The notes beneath the pieces were generated by a model. The model was not told where the DNA came from. It did no database searches and was given only the letters and a program-made list of their open reading frames with translations. A program made the translations under genes and the position numbers. DNA of 64,000 nucleotides from the human T2T-CHM13v2.0 reference genome, Homo sapiens, in assembly GCF_009914755.1 (NCBI RefSeq), contig NC_060945.1; one strand, given 5' to 3'. Positions 59,112 to 64,000 of this stretch are shown piece by piece (within the stretch, counting starts at the first letter, position 1; each line of letters opens with the position of its first letter).

Positions 59112-61330
59112 AACTTTTTATTTTGGGATAACTTTAGATTTACAGAAGAGTTACAAAACCAGTGCAAAGAAATCTAGTGTAACTGTCAACCAGATTCTCT
59201 CTATGTTAACACTTAACATAATCAAAGAGTTGCTAAAGAAAATAACTCCAGTACCTTTATTGTAACTAAACTACTAACTTTTTTTGGTGGGATGTGGGGT
59301 TCACTAGTTTTCCCAGTCATGCTCCTTTTCTCTTCCTAGCTCCCATCTAGTATCCCATGTATTTATTTGACATGTATGCTATGTTCTTTCTATCTGTGAC
59401 AGTCCTTCAGTCTTTCCTTGTCTTTTATGACCTTGACACTTTTGATTAGGCTTGTAAGTTATTTTATAGAATGTCTGTTAATGTGCACCTGCCTGGTGTT
59501 TCCTCATGATTATACTACGGTTATGAATTATCGGGAAGGATACTATCAAGGCGATGTGCCATTCTCTCCACCTCATATCAGTAGATACATGATATTGATA
59601 TGTATTACTGGTAATGTTAACTTTGATTAATTAGTTAAAATGATACCATGTGGATTCTACAACTAAAATAACTATGCTTCCCTTTATACTTATGAAATAT
59701 TTGGGTATAGTGGGGAGATTCTTTGAGTTTACAAGCATCTTGTTTCCACTTAAACTTCTACTCACTAATTTCAGTATCCATGGGTGGGTCTTGTCTGCAA
59801 CTGTGATGTTCTAATAGTGATGCTCTATTTACCCCATTTCTTCTACATTTATTAGTTAAGATTCTTTTGTAAGGAAGGAATGTTCCCTCTCTGTTATTAT
59901 TTACATATTCTGTTTCTTATAACATCAACATGGAATCATGTGTGATTGTGCTATTACTGAAAAAGAATATTTAGAAACCAAAAACTGGGGGTTAAGTGGG
60001 CTCATTGCTAGTGGAATTTCACTGCTTTTATTAACTCTTGATGAATAGAGACAGGAAATATATGTATGTGTATTACTGCATGCATTCACACCTATCTGTC
60101 ACACACGTGAGCATGTGCGCGCACGCACACACACACACAAATTCATTTCAGCACCACAGGTGTCATTCTTCAAACTATATTTAGTTGTTGTTGTTATTCA
60201 CATTGTTCAGTTACAGCAACAGGATTCTATGAAGTTGGTGCTTTCATCTGGGCTCTTATAGCCTTTCCACATGCTCCCATCCTTTTCTGTTTTTATTTGT
60301 TGGCTTTGGGCACTTTCTTAACTTCAAGTAAGAAAGCAATTTTAGTAGCCACAAGATTCTCCAGGCTCACTTTATATTTTCCCTGCCCCTTCTCTGAGAT
60401 CTTCCATATCTCCTAGAAGTTCTGACTCTTTTTGTTGGAAAATAATATTTAGAAACCAAGAACTGGATGTTAAGTGTGCTCACTGCTATTGGAGTGTCAG
60501 TGCTTTTAGTAGTTCTCGGTGGATAGAGACAGGAAATGTATGTATGTTCATTAATACCTGCATTCACACCTATCTCTCTGTTAACACACACATACAGTTC
60601 ATTTCAACACCATGGGCATCATTCTCTCTTTCCTTCTTTTCTTATTTATAACTTCTTGGGAAGTCTGACTTTTATTATCAAGAATATATTTGTTTATCTT
60701 TTCAACCTTAGTATAAAAGTAAAATAATTTAAGAATTTGTAATTCATTACCAACTAGAATATAGTGTTTGTGTACAGTTTGTTTGCCTTTAGCCATACAA
60801 TATTCAGTCAAAATAATGTTTTTCACAGTTTCCAAGAACAGCTCCCTTCTTCGTTATCCCCTTGAGTGTGGGTATGTGATTCATTTGTAAGACATTTAGA
60901 TCCATTTATTGCAATCTACATTCCATCTTTCCCCATACACTGACTGGTATGTTTTTAACATTCACATGCAGTGATAATTATTTTTTGTGGTGTACAGTTT
61001 GATTTGTTTTGACAAATGGATACAGACATGTACCCACCGCAACAATTCCATACAGAAGAGTCCTATCACCCCCAAAATGTTCTTCTGGTAACTTTTCATC
61101 ATCAAACCATCCCCATTTTTCCCAAATCCTGCAATAACAGATCTGTTGTTTTGTCCATATAGTTTTGCTTTTTCCAGAGTCTTATGCAGATGGAATTATG
61201 ACGTGTACAGTTTTTGGGTCTGATTTTTTTTTTGGCAACTAGCAAAATATATTTTAAGATTTATGCATATTGTAGCATCAATAAATATTTTTGTTTCTGT
61301 TTTTTGACTACTATTTTCCTTGTAGGGAAT
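59112..61330 (-). mobile_element. L1MC/L1MD-like 3' region
   Basis: 'ttttattttgggataactttagatttacagaagagttacaaa', 'cacaagattctccaggctcac', 'tttagaaaccaagaactgg' typical of antisense L1MC/MD 3' UTR. Confidence 0.8.
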
Positions 61331-61351
61331 ATGCTAAAAAGAGAATTTAAA

Positions 61352-61612
61352 TCACCCAGGCTGGAGTACAGTGGCAAGATAATGGCTCACTGCCGCATAA
61401 AACTCCTGGGCTCAAGTGATCCTCCTGCTTCAGCTTCCTGAGTAGCTGGGACTATAGGCAGGAGTCACCATATTTGTTAATTTTTTTTTAATTTTTAGAA
61501 ATTGGGTCTTACTATGTTAACCAGCTGGTCTCGAACTCTTGGCCTAATGTGATCCTCCTGCCTCAGCTTCCCATAGCATTTAGATTACAGATATGAGGCA
61601 CTGAGACCGGCC
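61352..61612 (-). mobile_element. AluJ lacking its tail and 3' end
   Basis: Starts at 'tcacccaggctggagtacag' with no poly-T; J diagnostics. Confidence 0.9.
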
Positions 61613-61914
61613 AACCTCACTTTTTTTTTTTAATAATTTTTTTCTAGTGTGCTCCAAATTTAAAGATAGGTTACATTGATTTTCTTTCAAATGTATATGA
61701 GGAAAAGTTTTTTTTGTTTCCATTTCACTTTTCGTCTGAGCTATGGTGAACAGAGTTCCAAGGAAAAGGGGATAATTACTAGTTAAGTTGACATTTAGTA
61801 ACTGGTGTTTTACTGAGTAAAGTTATATTCATGTCCAAAGGCTCTACAGAAATATACATGTAGTTGGAACAAATCTGAAAGCATCATCATTTGTAGAAAT
61901 GCAGAGAAGTTATT

Positions 61915-62160
61915 TAGGGAAAGTATTATGTCCAAGCACAATAGTCTATGATCAATAATCAGGGACTGAGTTCAAACCCTAACTCCAGTGCTTACTACCT
62001 GTTTACTACCTGTGTGGCCAGTGTCTCAATGTCCTCATTTCTAAGGTGGGATAACAATATCTACATCACAAAGGTTATTTTGAGCTTTAAATAAGATACA
62101 GATTTTTAAAGTGTTTAACATAGTACTTGGGATGTAGTAAGTGCGTAATAAATGTTAAGT
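61915..62160 (+). mobile_element. MIR
   Basis: 'gactgagttcaaaccctaactcc..cttactacctgtgtggcc..tagtaagtgcgtaataaatgttaag'. Confidence 0.8.
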
Positions 62161-62743
62161 ATATGTAGATATTTATTTATATATCTCCTAGAGAAAATTC
62201 CCTGCCCCAAAACATGTGTTTCTAATCTAAATAACTAAATAACTAGGTGATAAATTCCTGAGTATAAGATTAGAAGTCTGCTGAAAGGGGAAGGAGATTG
62301 TGGAGAGGACTCTGTTGAGTGTCATCCTCTATAATAGTGTGACCAAAGAAGGCTGTCTAAACTGTGCTTCACATAGAATTTTCCAGTTCTATCTGACATT
62401 CCAAAAAGAGGGGTCAGAAATGAGGCCCCAAAATAGCCTTGTGTATGTGTTTATGTTTATAAATGGTTGATTTATTACATAGTAATTGGTAAGTTTATGG
62501 AAGTATGTAAAAGATATACACAAAAGGCAAATCCACTTTATTGTAAGTTGGACTGACTTTTATTGTGGACGTTCAGTGTTGATCTTTCCTAGATTGCAAT
62601 AATTCTACCTGTGTGACATCTTTTCTATCTGTACAAGTTGAAACAGTGTCAACAATAAAATAAAAATGAGTATGTGGCTGTTATTTAACCATTTAAATGC
62701 ATCTCCAGATTCGTTATCTTATTTGATACTTTAACACACATTT

Positions 62744-62767
62744 ACACACACACACACACACACACAC
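62744..62767 (+). repeat. (CA)n microsatellite
   Basis: Direct reading. Confidence 0.95.
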
Positions 62768-63029
62768 ATTCACACAGAGATCTTGTGAGGTAAGAATGGC
62801 AGACCTTGCTAATCTTATTTGACTTTTCTCTGAGCTATTGTATTACCTCCTTAAAAGCTTTCCTGTCTGTAATCTTTTGCTGTTTCCATTCTTCTTACTA
62901 TTGCTGAATAATTATCATCAAGCATCCATCATCTCTCTACTTCAGAAGAGTTTAATTATTTCTGATTATTATTCTAAGTACCAGAAATAGTAAAAAGAAA
63001 TAATTAATCAAGAAAATAAATAAATAAAA

Positions 63030-63720
63030 TATGACACATCTTTTCCCCTAGGAGAATATATCCATCTAGATCAATGCCAAAATTAAGTGTGATAAGTACT
63101 ATAACAGAAAGATATAGAGATCATCGTAGAAGACAGAAGAGAGAGACATCTAAGTCAGACTTGGCAGGCAGGAAAAGCTTCCTTGATGAAGAAATGTATA
63201 GTCTGAATTTTGAAGGCCCAGAAGGAAGTCCAAGATGGTAAAAGGCCGAGCATTTCATTTTCAAGGCATTATAGCTGTAAAGGCACAAAGGCATGAAACA
63301 CGTGGGGACTGTGGATGGTTCAGTTAACAGAGGGAGATAGTAGTGGAGTGGTAAAAAATGATGAGAGGCAGTAAAAATTCATATGACAACATTTGTGATA
63401 AATATAACATTACCTTAAAAGAGTTGGAGAAAATGGATGCACTTTGAGCCTCTATGTAACATGATTGTAATTATAGAAATACCATTCTGAAAATAATGTG
63501 GAAGATGGATTGGACATGGGGTATGAGAGCTGGTGAGACCAAGCAGCCAGGCAAAGGGGTGTTGCAGAATTTCAGGATGTAGCAATGAGTGTCATAAGTT
63601 GAATAGTATTTATGAGACTGCAATAAAATGAAGGGAGCTAGAAAGAGATAACTCAGAAGTATGGGGAGAAGATGGGGATTGAATTCATGAATTTAGGAAA
63701 CACATCTATGGTGTGGGCTT
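63030..63720 (-). mobile_element. L2 fragment
   Basis: 'aagtgtgataagtactataacagaa', 'ggaaaagcttccttgatgaag..tctgaattttgaagg', 'accattctgaaaataatgtggaagatggattgga'. Confidence 0.75.
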
Positions 63721-63841
63721 GTGGGTAAAGGGATGTCTCTTGTATGCAAATATGGATGGAAAAGGAAGAACAAGTGCAAGAAATTAATACAGCACATGTT
63801 ATTTGGAATATTCTGTGTTTAAAAGTAGACATCTGATAGGC

Positions 63842-64000
<159 letters not shown>

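Overview
AT-rich, gene-poor primate genomic DNA, probably hominoid given the AluY and L1PA3-like insertions. It is intergenic or deep-intronic. I find no credible protein-coding gene, RNA gene, CpG island or CRISPR array. The recognisable long ORFs in the track derive from Alu, L1 ORF1/ORF2, MaLR internal sequence or simple repeats. Roughly half the window is recognisable transposon debris: about 16 Alu/FLAM elements; a ~10 kb nested L1 stack at 39.4-49.8 kb; a twin-primed (5'-inverted) L1PA inside an MLT2 LTR; two two-LTR MaLR proviruses (MLT1A-like and THE1C-like); a truncated THE1D/MSTA provirus; solo THE1/MLT1/LTR33-like LTRs; MIR, L2 and hAT MITEs. I did not find a convincing new biological system. 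The best leads are a base-precise twin-priming junction, three intact DUX4 motifs in THE1C-like LTRs, a CpG-retaining HNF1/FOXA/C-EBP-ATF/GATA enhancer candidate at ~36.9 kb, an out-of-place ~200 bp duplication inside an old L1, and a few weak exon/microexon candidates. Subfamily names come from recalled consensus diagnostics, not from a database search, and boundaries of old repeats are approximate.
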